Origin: Bilabrum cf. latius
Taxonomy: Eukaryota
Assembly (NCBI GenBank): GCA_965178125.1
Contig: OZ237743.1
Location: 248,001 to 312,000, forward strand
DNA length: 64,000 nt
Direction: 5' to 3'
Part shown: piece after piece, positions 1 to 12,000 of the stretch
Layout: every line of letters begins with the position of its first letter
How positions within the stretch are numbered: position 1 is the stretch's first letter
Position numbers and translations under genes: made by a program
The notes under the pieces: generated by a model
Seen by the model: the letters and a program-made list of their open reading frames with translations, nothing else
The model's database searches: none
Told to the model about the DNA's origin: nothing

Positions 1-537
1 TTTTTGATTCATGGAATTCCCACGTTTTGGTTGCAGGGAAATCGAGCGATGAAGCAGGCGCTGCAACGATCCAAGGATTGGATGATGCTGCTCTTACCGG
101 GCCCAATTTCTACTGCAATCATCAGTGCCGTTATCATGTTTTTTGCTAGGTTCAGAGAGCCGGGTTGGCTCGATTACACTGGATGGGCAATGAATGTTGG
201 GCTGCTGTGCCTGACCCTCTGGCAAGGGTGGGAAGCAGCCAAGGACTCAAACAAAGACAAGCGCGACAAGTCATTCAATTCGATTATTGGGCAGGTTGCT
301 GCCGGGTGCGGTGCGTTTTTGATCGCTATGTTCACGCAGTTGGGCTGGCTGCTCATTCTGGTCATGGTTGGGGAGCATGCGTATGAGTTGTATCTCGCAT
401 TGGCCCCCTTGCTTGGGGCCATGCAATAGGCTGGTACGGCTGCCTCAAGCGGTGAAGATGGCGGAGACGACGCCGGGAAAGGCAGCGGTGGACGCAAGCC
501 TGGCAAGAAAGCCAGGGGGAGCAAGAAAAACCGATGA
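1..537 (+). CDS. 3' part of a small multi-pass membrane protein with a basic C-terminal tail ending SKKNR (KKxx-like ER retrieval signal); 5' end outside the window
   Basis: ORF 4..429 has several hydrophobic segments. Reading TAG 427-429 through adds AGTAASSGEDGGDDAGKGSGGRKPGKKARGSKKNR to TGA 535-537, followed by AT-rich sequence. Confidence 0.65.
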
Positions 538-623
538 CTCTGAATTTCCATGCACTTGCAGACAAACAATGTATCATTTTATCAATTTTTGCATTGTTCT
601 GCGGCCACTGAATGTGGCTTACA

Positions 624-3600
624 TCAAGATCCAACCCCTCGCCCTGTGGAAGCTGCCCTGGCCAGCCGAAGTCGCTTGGATCGCCTCGGGAGCGTTGCAG
701 GGACCAGCCCACGTCCTGCAGCATCACCGTTCTGGCCGCGAGCCAAAGGTTGGGATTGAAGTTGGCAGTCTGCCTTGCCTTGCGCTCCACCGCGCACCAC
801 TCCTTGCGTCGCCGGCATGGTGCCTGCTGCATCGTCCAGAGCAGGCGAGCAGGTCCCAAGCACCTCATCAATATGAAGATCCACAGCACGGTCTGCAAAC
901 AATGCCTCGGGACTACTTGTAGCATCAGTTTCTCTTGCAGGTGGAGACACGGGCCGACTCCGCTTGTGCCCAGCCAATTGCCTGCCTGGTTGCCGGCATG
1001 ACGACCTGGCAGCCACGGCGGACGCATCGATTTTGGATCGAATGTGATTATCCTATGCGCCTTGCTCAGCATTAGATATCGACCCAGTAGGTGCGCTAAT
1101 GCCAAGCCTCTCAGATTCTTGGCTGTGCTGCAGCGGTGCACTGTACCCTGCGCTCTGCTGTGTCGCTGCCCATGTGGATGCGACCGCCTGCAAGGTCTAC
1201 TTGTGCACCGACCGGCTGACCGAAATATGCTGACACACTTGCTCGGTACCAACATCAGGTCGCAGCAATGGTGCTTGCAAGCCCTTGTGCCATGCAGGTG
1301 AGCCTCTGGTGACTGCACCGCTCGGTAATGGAGGAACAGCCGGAGTACGCATGGCACCGGCAATTCCAGACTGCTACTGCTGCTGGGCCTGCAACTGGCG
1401 CTGCTCATGTACTCCCAATGTGTGCGCTACATATTGCGATCTAGGTTGCCCGATCACCTCGCTACGCATGACCAGGCCATAGGACGCAGAGATCGACATG
1501 GAATATCCCGTGTTAGTGGTACGCTTAGCTGGAGTGGAACCGCGTGCAGTGGCAACCACGGCTGCATTGTGCAGGCGTAAGGGTTCGACCTGCACACCGG
1601 AAACTCTAGCAGCTTGCATGCTAGATGCTGGCGCAGACGCGTGCAGATGGTCCTAGGACGAGGCGACGGCAGAATGTGTGGCCAAGTCGACCGAGTTGCT
1701 GCCAACACCATCATCTCTCGACTGAGCTCCAAAGGGCGAATGCGACCGCTGCGGCCGGGTGATTCTCTGCGCTGGGGTGATCCTGTTTCCATCAGTGCCA
1801 CCAGTCCGTTGTCCCCCCCCACCCTCGATGCCGTCTTTGGCCATGGCACCGAACGCCACGAGAGCTTCTCCAGCGTCCACCCGCTGCCTGGCCCTCGCTG
1901 TCTTCTCGTGGGATCGGCGGCGGTGCGACCCCGTGCGCATTCTCGGAACCGTCCTGCCTACGCGACGCAGGTGTTGCAGCACGTTCGGATGCACGTCCAT
2001 ACCCATGTTGAGGCCTCTGCGACGACCACCAACAGCGACACGAGAAGGGCCGTGGCGCGGCGGACCAGCGCTGCGGTCGGTGCCTGTCACGAGCCCGAAA
2101 GGGGAGACACTCCTTCGGAGGTCGGCAGAGCCACCCAGGCCAGTTAGATGACCTCCGGCGGCCACTTGCTTTTGTTCGATGGCGGCAGCTGCAGACAATC
2201 CCACTACGACAGCCAGTCTAGTCTGCGTCGGCGACACGAAGTTCACGGTGTCTGTCCCGCTGTTTCCAGCACCTACACTGCTTGTCTTTCGACTGGAGGC
2301 ACCGAGTGGGGGGCTCGCTATCTAGTGAGGCCTACTAGCGGCAAGGGACGCACGACCGTCCTAACTCGCCGAGCCATCGCCGTCCCGACGCTGGCCGTCG
2401 CGCCTGCCCATGCGAACCCTGTCGACCCATTGCACGTGCCGGCTCTGATGCCGCCTGCTGCTGCCCTACGCCTCTTCGCGGTACTGAATGGAGCTGGGCT
2501 ACGCTCCTTCGTTCAAGGCCACCACGGAGTCAGCAGGGCCGCTTTCCCCTCGCAGGCTAACTGGAGACTCCGCACCACCTGCAGCCGATCGTCCCGAAGT
2601 TGAAGATGCGGATCCGTCGTCGGCCGTGCCAGACGTTCCAGCTGTTGCTGCAGCTACCGATGCCGATCCATCTATGCTCCTTTGCGTTGGTGGCTGCACG
2701 CCCGTAAGCATTCCCTCATCTGCTGCAGGTGGCACCATGGTCGGTTTCGTTCGGGTTGGTCGCGTCGGTCCCACCGTCGATGCGCTCTTGTTGTGAGCCT
2801 GTTCCTCAAAATGAAGGTCACCATGATTCAGCAAGATGCTCCTTAACTTCAGGTCTAGCCTGTGCCGAGGCTTTCTTTGAATGAAATCGGGATAATCGAC
2901 CGAGAGCTGCTGCCAGATTCCTTCCGTTCGGCCTGAGAATCGCCTGCTGGGTATACCATAGCCGCGTCTGGAGCGTCGAAATCGCCTGTGCGATGCAACT
3001 GACGCACCCGATGTGCTATCATCCGTTCCTGGATCATCACTGGTCGCCCATCCCATGGACTGGCCGGCTGCCATCCCGCGGTAAGCGCGGCGCCCCGTGC
3101 CGACATTACGATGGGCCCTCGCACGTCTTCGATTCCGGCTGCTTCCGTCGCTGCCGGTGCCGCGAATAGATGAGCCACCTGACTGACTAGTGTCACTCAG
3201 CACACTCCCTGTCGTGCTGCCAACAGTGCCCACCACGCTAGCTTGCCCCCGCTAGTCAACTCGCCGACTTACTCCCCAAGGCTGACCGCCAGACACCGTG
3301 TCAGCAGCTCGTACCAAGTCAGGCTGCGAGATTCCCGCTGAACCATGGGACTGCAGCGCGTATGTGCTCCATTCTTTGCCACCAGTCCGCGAGGTCGGCG
3401 ACTGTAGCACTACTGTTGGCTGCTTGCGGTCTTCCATGCCGGCATTGGCACGGCTGCTGTGCGCGCTAACCGCTGAGCAAGCTGACTCGTATGCGGAGTC
3501 ATCGGGCTCGACCGCCCTACGCGGTGGGAGGGCGGGCCGATTGCGAGGAGCACTCGACTATGGCGCGGCGCCAGGTCGCTACAATGTCCTGGACCGGGCA

Positions 3601-6600
3601 CTTGATGTCGGCCTCGGACTTCCCGAGTCACCGCTCCGACTCACATCGGACATCTCGCTGTCAGTGCCCTCCGCGCTCGAGGAGCCCACAGAGGAGCGCC
3701 CAGACGATCTAGACACGACTGAGGCACGAGACCCTGCGGTTGAATTTGGAGCTAGGCTGTCTCGACCGCGCTGCAGGCTGCGCCCATCGCCACCGTCCGT
3801 CGTGTCACCACCCTCGCTCTGTCGACCCATGGACTCCGCATCCGCATCGGATCCGGAATCTGCTTCAGCGGTCGCTGGTTGCTGCCGAGCACTAGCCACA
3901 CGGGGCAGCATGGACGGCTAGGGCATGCCCGACGGCAATTGTCGCGGCCTAGCGTAGTTGCCGCTACTGCTCGGGGGTCCCATGACCTTGTGCTGCACGC
4001 GTGTACTGCTTGTGCCGCTCATTGCCTCACCTGAGGTGGTGAACCTCGCCTAAGACACCGTTGTGATAGACACAGCAGCGGGTGGTGACCTGCCTTCGTG
4101 CAAGCCCTGTTTAGGCCCTGCAGTTCCGAGGGGGTGGGGAGAGCTCGGGCGATCTCTAGCAGGGCGGACTGGCAGGTCACCGCCAACAGTGTCACCAGCA
4201 CCAGCACCAGCACCAGCACCAGCACCAGCACCAGCACCACACTCGTTCTCCAGCAACGAATCACTCTGTCTGGATGACTCGGGATTGCCTGCAGTACCAC
4301 TCGTGTCTTTGAAATTTCCAAGTAAATTGGGCTACCGCTAATCAGGTCGTTGCGCGTGCTAGCTGTTGGTTGGTCGGTCGCGGTTTGAGCCTGCCGACTG
4401 CACGCTGCTTGCGTACGACGGTGCAGTGGCATATCCGCTTCCTCCACTCGCAAGCCTGTCTAATTCTTGGCTATAAGGAGGAGCATGAGCCTCTCTAGAG
4501 ACAGCTCGCAAATCGATACCCAAGCTAACGACAGTTGCGTTTTGCGGCTGAATGGGTGCACTCCCCAGTTGCAGCGATGCATGTTCGATATCCGGTTGCC
4601 TTGCTTCTGACTGAATCGAATTGCCACTACTACTTGCTACATGCGCAGAGGCACCACTTGCTTGACGTCGTCGTGATCTCCGAGATTGGACCGCGGACTT
4701 CAATCTCAGTGGCCGGGGCATCTCGCGGTCTGCCTCCTCGGAGTCGTCGGAGGACTCCATCGGTCGCCCAGGCCATCCCAGTGACATTTGACCGTGCCTC
4801 ATTGATGATCTTGCCAAACTACTCAATAGATACTTCTCTCTAATCCGCCTGCGGTTCCTTTTCGATGCTGCACTCCCACTGCCGCTGCTGCTGCGACTGC
4901 GGCTGCCACTCCCACTGGCACTGACGCTCGCGCTGTGCTTCACGCCAAGGCTCGTGTCGCCGAACGCTGTCCCAGAATCTCGTCGATGGCCACCGTCAAG
5001 CGCCTCTTCTATCATAGGCTCAGAGGTGTGTGCATGTCCAAGCTGCTGATCATCATGGGTAATGTCAGCTTCTTCGTCTGATGCCACGCTGGAGTCCCCG
5101 CCCTCGGACTTGTGGCGCTTCCGACGGTTGCGAAGCAGCGAGGCCGCGTATCCATCCGATCCGTCCTGCAGATACCTCGCCCAATTCGGGTTATGGATGC
5201 GCATGTTAACATCTCTTAGTCGCCGCAGCCGTCTCGCGATCAAACCGGGGGTCCTTGGATTGCGCTCGGCTGCCACTACCGAAGGAGGAATGCTTGAAGC
5301 GTGTGCAGTAGCTTCCGTAGACACGTTCGTGACGGGCGCGTCGACTGTATCTCCGCCAGAAATCGTGACATGGCCGCCATGTATCTTCTTCAGCGGCGCA
5401 CGACTCGGTACACTGCTGGGCACTTGTAGGCCAGCAAGGTGAAATAGCTGTTCATCCTCCCGTGGAACATGAAGTGACGCAGAGCTGGGAAATGTTATTC
5501 CTGACAGGTGCTGCGTGTGACCTACGGACTCATTAGATGTCGCAGCGGTCCGCTGAGTGCCAACAGTACGTGAGCTCAATGGAGCATCTGCGAGCGAACG
5601 TTGCAGCGTTTCCACAGAGGCCGCACTGCGCTACTGCGACAGCAATGCCTCCGTTGCAGCCCCAATACCTGCCATGACTTTGTCGCGAGGTGGCCGTAGT
5701 CCGGCCACACTGGGATCTGTCGAGTCGCTGGCGCTGGCGCTGGCGCTGGCATGTGACGCCTCGCTTGACGAAGCACCCTACATGGCGTTCAACATCGGCC
5801 CAAACGGCCGAGGTGTTCCACCAGTGCTTCTTTCATTTCGAGAGTACTAGCGCGAGGCAATGGAACCGGGAATAGTGCACTTCTTTGATTCAGCTCCAGT
5901 TCGGCCCGCTGTTCTGATTTGACTCACTCCAGCCGAGGAGCTACCGTTATGGCCCCCGTTCCCAGTCGCCGTATCAATGCCTATTCTTACAGCTGACTCT
6001 GAATCGGACGGTGACAAAACTGCTGCATCAGACCTGACAGACAATGCTCTGCCAGCTGTAGCACGGCTGTAGCTCATGCTAGCAAGACCGGCTGATGATG
6101 CTGCAGAAGCGCGCAAATGCTCGGTCGTCATTGACCTGGACACGGAAGACGCATGACTCCACCCGAATTGGTATGAGCTGGGAGAAATTGGTCCGGCTTG
6201 TGACACGTATGGGTAATTTGGCTGCAGCATAGCCTCGGTTCCACTATGAAGACCTGCAGAGGCAGCCAAAAGTGGCACTCCCTCCGCCGATCGTCGCAAC
6301 GATGCTGAAGTGTCATCCTGCATCGGTGCAGATGGCAACACAGATGTGAGCAAGTCTTTCTGTGCGGCTGCCGCGATGGACCCAAGGTGCATAGATATGG
6401 CAAGCGGGGCCGAATGAGGCATCGTGTATCCCCTATGAACAAGCCACTGTGCTTGGAGCTGCTCGAGACCCAGCTGTGCCGAGCTGCTCACAGGTCGTGG
6501 CTAGTTGCGAGCAGTCGGGTCAATGGGCGGTCGAGCTTCTTCCGAAGGATGCAACGATGCTGACGAATACTGCTAGCCTGCTTGTCTCATGGAAACAATC

Positions 6601-7686
6601 GCTGGGGCTGGGGCATCCACGTGCGCTAGAGTCGAGTCAGCCGTGGATAACGCGTGCAGGGCCTCAGATGACGCTGCCGCTGAACTCCAGTTCCACTCTG
6701 CTCCTCGATCCGGGTAAGAATGCACAGCGTATTGTGGGACAGCAGGGATGCCGGCTGTTGGGTGCCGCAGCGGCTGTCCGCGCGGCGTGGCAGTCCCGCT
6801 TGGAGTGGACAACGGGGCACTGCTGCTGCTCCCGCTGCTCGCTGGCCGTGGTGCTGCTAGCATTTCTGCCGGGCCCCTCGCACTAGGTGCGATCACACCT
6901 GTCTGGTTTCTAGCTTGCATTTCCGCATCTGATGACGCGGGTGCCACTGGGCTTCGAACCTCCTGATTGGCCTGTGTGCAGTCGTAATCTGCACGTCCCG
7001 GCAACTTCGGTCTATGCCAGGTGCCTGCTAGTGGGGCGGGGCTGCTGGCTGAGCTCGTCGTTGGATGTGGTGGTGCAGCAGCACGCCCACGACTCCAGCT
7101 TATGGACGGTGTCGGCTAAGGTCTGCGCTGCAGAGCGCCTTGAGGGTGCCCACTTGCCAAGTTGAATGCGCGGCGAAGGCCGTCTTCCGAAAGCGTGACC
7201 ATCTGTGCCGGCGGGGCCTCCCAGCTCTCGTGAATCTTCCTTAGTCTTTCAATAGGGTGGCCAGAGCGCCGCGCTGACTGTTCCGGGGATAATCTGAGTT
7301 CACACACGATCACGTCGAAACCGGCGCTCTTGCCGACGGACCAGTAGTGCCGAAAGTGCTCTACCAACGCATTCACCTGGTCTACAACGACAAAGGTCGT
7401 TCGATGCTGCTCCACGGCTTTGGCAAACGCCCTCTGTGCTGCCCTCCGATACGCCTCCAACATGCTAGCATCAAACTTAAACACCCAGCGGGACTCCTCA
7501 GCTGAGCCACCTTTCTGCTCCACCAAGAAATAGTCGTTCAAACTGTGCAGCATTGGAGAAACAAAGCCTCTTGATATAGCCACTTGAAGCAGCAACTTGC
7601 CAAGCTCGGTCTTCCCTGCTCCAGGAAGGCCACGCAATATCACGCAAAGCGGCCGCCGGTTACCATCGGTCCCAAACATCTTCATG
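624..7686 (-). CDS. YLPM1/ZAP3-like P-loop nucleoside-kinase domain at the N-terminus followed by ~2100 aa of low-complexity sequence; the true 5' end may include further upstream exons
   Basis: Motifs VILRGLPGAGKT, SLNDYF, VVVDQVN..HF..YW....SAGFDV and WEAPP resemble the YLPM1 kinase-like domain. ORFs ending at 7116, 6573, 5847, 4359, 4050, 3579, 3252, 2499, 1653 and 1374 share one frame, separated only by TAG; the frame ends at TGA 624-626. Confidence 0.75.
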
Positions 7687-8179
7687 CTTGCGAATATCAG
7701 CGGTCTGCTGGATCTGCCGTCTACGTATAGATATATACGATCAATTTGTAATCTGGTCAGCAACACATGCCTAAAGTCTGCAAGATTGTTCTGCTGTTGC
7801 AGTTCTGGAAATAAACCAGAGATACTCAATAACTGCACGGAACAAATACGAACATGTTTTTCTCCTGGTGGGGGAGATGGACCCTTTATGGGCCCTAGCC
7901 ATAGCACATAGTGCTTTGGCTTTATTCTCCCTTCCTATGGGCTGGGAGAAGCCGACGCCTGGATTGGCATTGTCGGCTGCACCGGGTTCGGTGCCTGTGC
8001 TGGTTGAGCAGCACAGCCCTGTTCAGGCGTCCTGGAGTGTCGTCTGCGCAGCGGAAGAAGAGCTAAATAGCTCTCGATTCCACTCGAGATCCCTGCGGGG
8101 GCTGCGAAGTGGTTATGGCCCGTTCGCCGATGTGCGCGGGAAGGTCTACGACCAAACGGTCGGGAAGGTGTTTACCGCC

Positions 8180-8484
8180 TCCGACGCCCGTACTGTCATT
8201 TCAGCGCGGGATTTCTTCCCTTGTGGAGAAAATGGGTTCTTTGAAACCCTAGCCTTAGCAATTAACGCTTTGGCGCCGATCTACCTGCCGGAGAGCAGGG
8301 CGATTGGTTTCTGCACCGTTGGTGCCACCTATTCCGACGCCCGTACTGTCATTTCAGCACGGGATTTCTCCCCTTGTGGAGAAAATGGGTTCTTTGAAGC
8401 CCTAGTCTTAGCATCTAATGCTTTGGCGCCGATCTACCTGCCGGAGAGCAGGGCGATTGGTTTCTGCACCGTTGGTGCCACCTA
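8180..8484. repeat. Tandem duplication of a 153-bp unit (2 near-identical copies)
   Basis: tccgacgcccgtactgtcatttcagc...ggtgccaccta starts at 8180 and again at 8333. Confidence 0.9.
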
Positions 8485-9014
8485 TATCAGCCGGGCCCGG
8501 GAACACCGAGCTCGGGAAGACTCCCAGGAGGGGGAGCCTCGGAACCATTCACGTATTAACGCTGACAGTTCCAGAGACGAGCATGATTGTGTGCATGCTC
8601 GACCCTCAGAGGGATCGCGAGTCCGGACGATCCTGGAAGTGACGTCGGAGGCTGGAGGGGCACTCCGTGGTGGGTCTGGACCGCGCATTATGCCGGGCCC
8701 ACGCAGTATGCCTGTGTGTCTACGGATATCCGAAATAAAGGCTCCGGGACTGCTGCGAAGGAGGGCTTGAAGGCGACAAAGGGAGGTCCCAACATCAGGG
8801 CCGGTATATGGGGGGCCTTTGGTCTGAAAGGGTCGGGGGTCTTGTAGTCCTCTTATGAGGGCTCCTACCGCTGCAGGTGATCACCTGAGATATGGTGCAT
8901 CTGTGGCGGGTTCGGTAACTTAACCCAACAATGTATTTCTGTATTTCTGTATTTTTTCTCGCACGGGAAGAACAGAGCATCTGAAGCCTTAGTTAGGAGC
9001 CACCGCCAAAGTAA

Positions 9015-12000
9015 ATGTCCGTATCAAACAAATTGTTGAAGGCCGCGGCTGAGGCATCTTCCAGCAGCCCGATGAGCTCCAAGCATGGTGCCATACTGGT
9101 CTCTGGGGGCAAGGTGGTTGCTGTTGGTGCCAACTCTAGACGTACATATGCCCGTGGTGAAGTTGTCTGCTCCGTAAGTTTTAAATTTCGTTTTTCCCCA
9201 CTCAGCTTGTCGTTTCGTGTCGAGGATGGTCACCTGTTCGCTTGCTGAATCGATATCGCAGGTCCACGCTGAGCTGGATGCCCTGTTGTCGCTCAAGATC
9301 AACGGTAAGGCGTGCCGTAGCGGGAAATAGACTGCTTTAAAGTATAAAATAGCCATGCGTAGCTACGTTGATACATTGGTCTCTCTCACTTTCGTCACGC
9401 AGGTCGCCCGCTACCGGACAGCTTGTTTGCACAGGCAGAGTTGGACTACGACAACGTATGGCCCGACTACAAGACGCAGGTGTTCGGAGACAACCGGGGT
9501 GCGCAAATATTTGAAGAACCAAGGGGTGGGAAGGTGTCGGGTCCTGCCGCGTCAGATGCGTCCGCGCTACCTTCGGAACAGCACGAGCACGCCGGCTGGG
9601 AGCGCGCTCTGATGCAGATCGACAGCGAGCAGAACCAGAGGCAGCGCGTCGAAGGGGCCGCAGCGAAATCCCGCAGAGGAGGACCCTCCTCCGCAGCTGC
9701 TGGCAGCGAGGAGCACCACCTGCTGCAGTCCTTCTTCGAGGCCCAGGAGGCAGGCGCCGTCACCGTGCCTGCTGCCTCCAGTAAGCATTCGGCCACTGCT
9801 GCTGCTGCTGCTGCTGCTGGTGGAGCGGTTGCTGGCTCCGGCGCTAGTGCCAGCCCCAGCAAGCGCACCGAAGGAGGATACAAGGTCGCAGGCCCTGAGC
9901 ATGCTGTCGATGGCGTGTCGATGCAGAAGAACCGACGCAAGAAGAAGAAGAAGAGGGGGAAGGCTGCCCCTGGCAGGGCCTTCCTCATGACACCCGAGCA
10001 GGAAGCTGCGTGGATCGTCCTCGCACCCCACGTGCCCCCCGCTCTTCCGGCACAGAAGCAAGCCCCTGCTGGTGGCTCAGGGGCGGCTGGTGCTTCTTCC
10101 GCTGTAGTACACCGCTCAGCCTAGAGCGACACATCCGCAGCCGTAGCTGCAGCTGTAGCTGTAGGTGGGGCAGGAGCAAGGACAGCCGATTCGGCCGTAG
10201 GTGGGGCCAATGCCTGGAAATCGGGAGACAGTTCGAAGAGAGTCCATCACCAGGGCGAGGATGAGGACGCAGTCGATGCAGGGCGGCCCGGCGGGCAGAG
10301 CGCCGGGCCGCCGTTGCATTTGCTGGGCCGGGGGTCAGAGCCGTGCTTTTTACCAGGCGAACCACGGCTAGAAGCTCTATTACCACGGCGACCGGCCCCG
10401 CGCCAAGGGTGGAGCGCGGGGGTCGGGCCGGTCGTCGTGGAACAAGGCGCGGCAGCAGCAGCAGCTGCAGGGGCTGGGGCAGTCGCTGGACGTGCGCTCC
10501 TCGAGAGCACTCATGCGGAGACTGACCGGTCTGGCAGAGCAACAGCAGAGCACTGGGAAGGGCCGAGGGCCGGGGGCCTCCGCTGCCGCTCGGTCCACCA
10601 GCGGATCCGTCCTTCCGGTCGCCTTCGCCGCGCTGGCGGGTGTGGGCACTCGGTACGGCCCAGCGGACGACGTGACCACGTAGGGGCTGTCTGCCGAAGA
10701 CGCGGTGCTGGAGGCAGAGGTGCGGGGAGCCAAAGGAAAGCCGGTGCGGCAGAGGAAGCTGCGGCGCTGGCAGCAGCAGGCCCAGAGGCGTGGGCCAGGC
10801 GGCGCTCTGCAGGCCGGGTGCAGCAGCAGCACAAAGCGGGACGGGGACAGCAGCGTGGGGGGTGCGTCCCGGTCGACTGGGTCAGGCGGCAGAGTGACCA
10901 CTGCCACACCGACCGCAACGCAGCCTGCAGGGCCGCCGTCGAGGCTCTCGCCCGATCCAGCCAAGCCATGCAATGGGTTCAACGGGCGCAAGGGCAGTTC
11001 CGAGGCGCGCTCCCGGCAGCCGCTGCGGGCCGAGAGTCGTGAGTCCGACGGTGCAGGCATGGCTGCCGAGGGATCCTATGGTGATGAGCGGCTGGCTGCC
11101 TCGACTCACCACGAGGCTGGACATGCGGCTACCGGCAGCGACACCACTGCGTCGCTGGAGTCGACTCCGGGCAAGGCTGCGGGTGCCGGTGCTGGCATCG
11201 CTGCAGAAGAAGACATCGAAGCTGCCCCTGCCGGAAGCGACGCTGAAGGCAGCGAGGGCGGAGCGTCTGGAAGCGACAGCGACAGCGATGAGCTGAAGGT
11301 TGGCACCGGCAGCATCGGTGAGCGGAGCCCAAGCCCCGCATCGAGCTGTAGTGGCGGGATTTCGCGGCCCGATGCAGCCAAGGAGGTGGGCTCTGGGGGC
11401 AGCAGCGTTGGCAGGGGCAGCAGCGCCAGCGATCGCAGTCGCAGCAGCGACGCTTTCTCATCGTGCCCATCACAGCCCAACTCTGCCTGCTCCGCTCCCG
11501 CCACCACCGGGCTCACCGCCGCGAGGCCAACCGGTGTCATCAGGCCGAGCAAGGCGGCTCGCGCCGCCGCCCGCAAGTAGCGCAAGGCAGCCAGGGCGGC
11601 CCGCAAGCTAGAGAGGGTGCGAGCAGCCGTCGAGCGCGCCAGGATCGCAGACAGCCTCGGGTCTGGGCAAGCCCACCGCGGATCAGGAGGCGGGGCCGGC
11701 TGCGGGCTCGGGCTCCGTCGGAGCAAGGCCAAGGGCAGCGCGACCTCCGTTGCGGGTGGCCCGGCCTCTGCGAGGGGGCACGGTCAGCCGTTTTTGCGAG
11801 CTGCGGGCGGCCGACGCGGCCGCAGGTGCGGGACGAGCGTGTCTGGCCTGTCCCTCGGCGACCTGGACCCCGGCGTGGGGGCGGGGGGATCCCCCTGGGG
11901 GACTCGCAGCAGCGGGGGTGACAGCGGCAGCTTTGGGGGGGCGGAGGACGCTGGGTCGGATGGTTTCCCCGGGGATTCCTTCGGCGGAGAGGGTCCCGGT

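Noticed and set aside
4194-4238. (caccag)n hexamer repeat and similar short repeats
   Set aside because: Simple coding microsatellite giving (GA)n within a low-complexity protein.
7868-8770. 300-aa plus-strand ORF as a gene
   Set aside because: It starts at GTG, has no recognisable domain and may be antisense to upstream exons of the minus-strand gene. Left uncalled.
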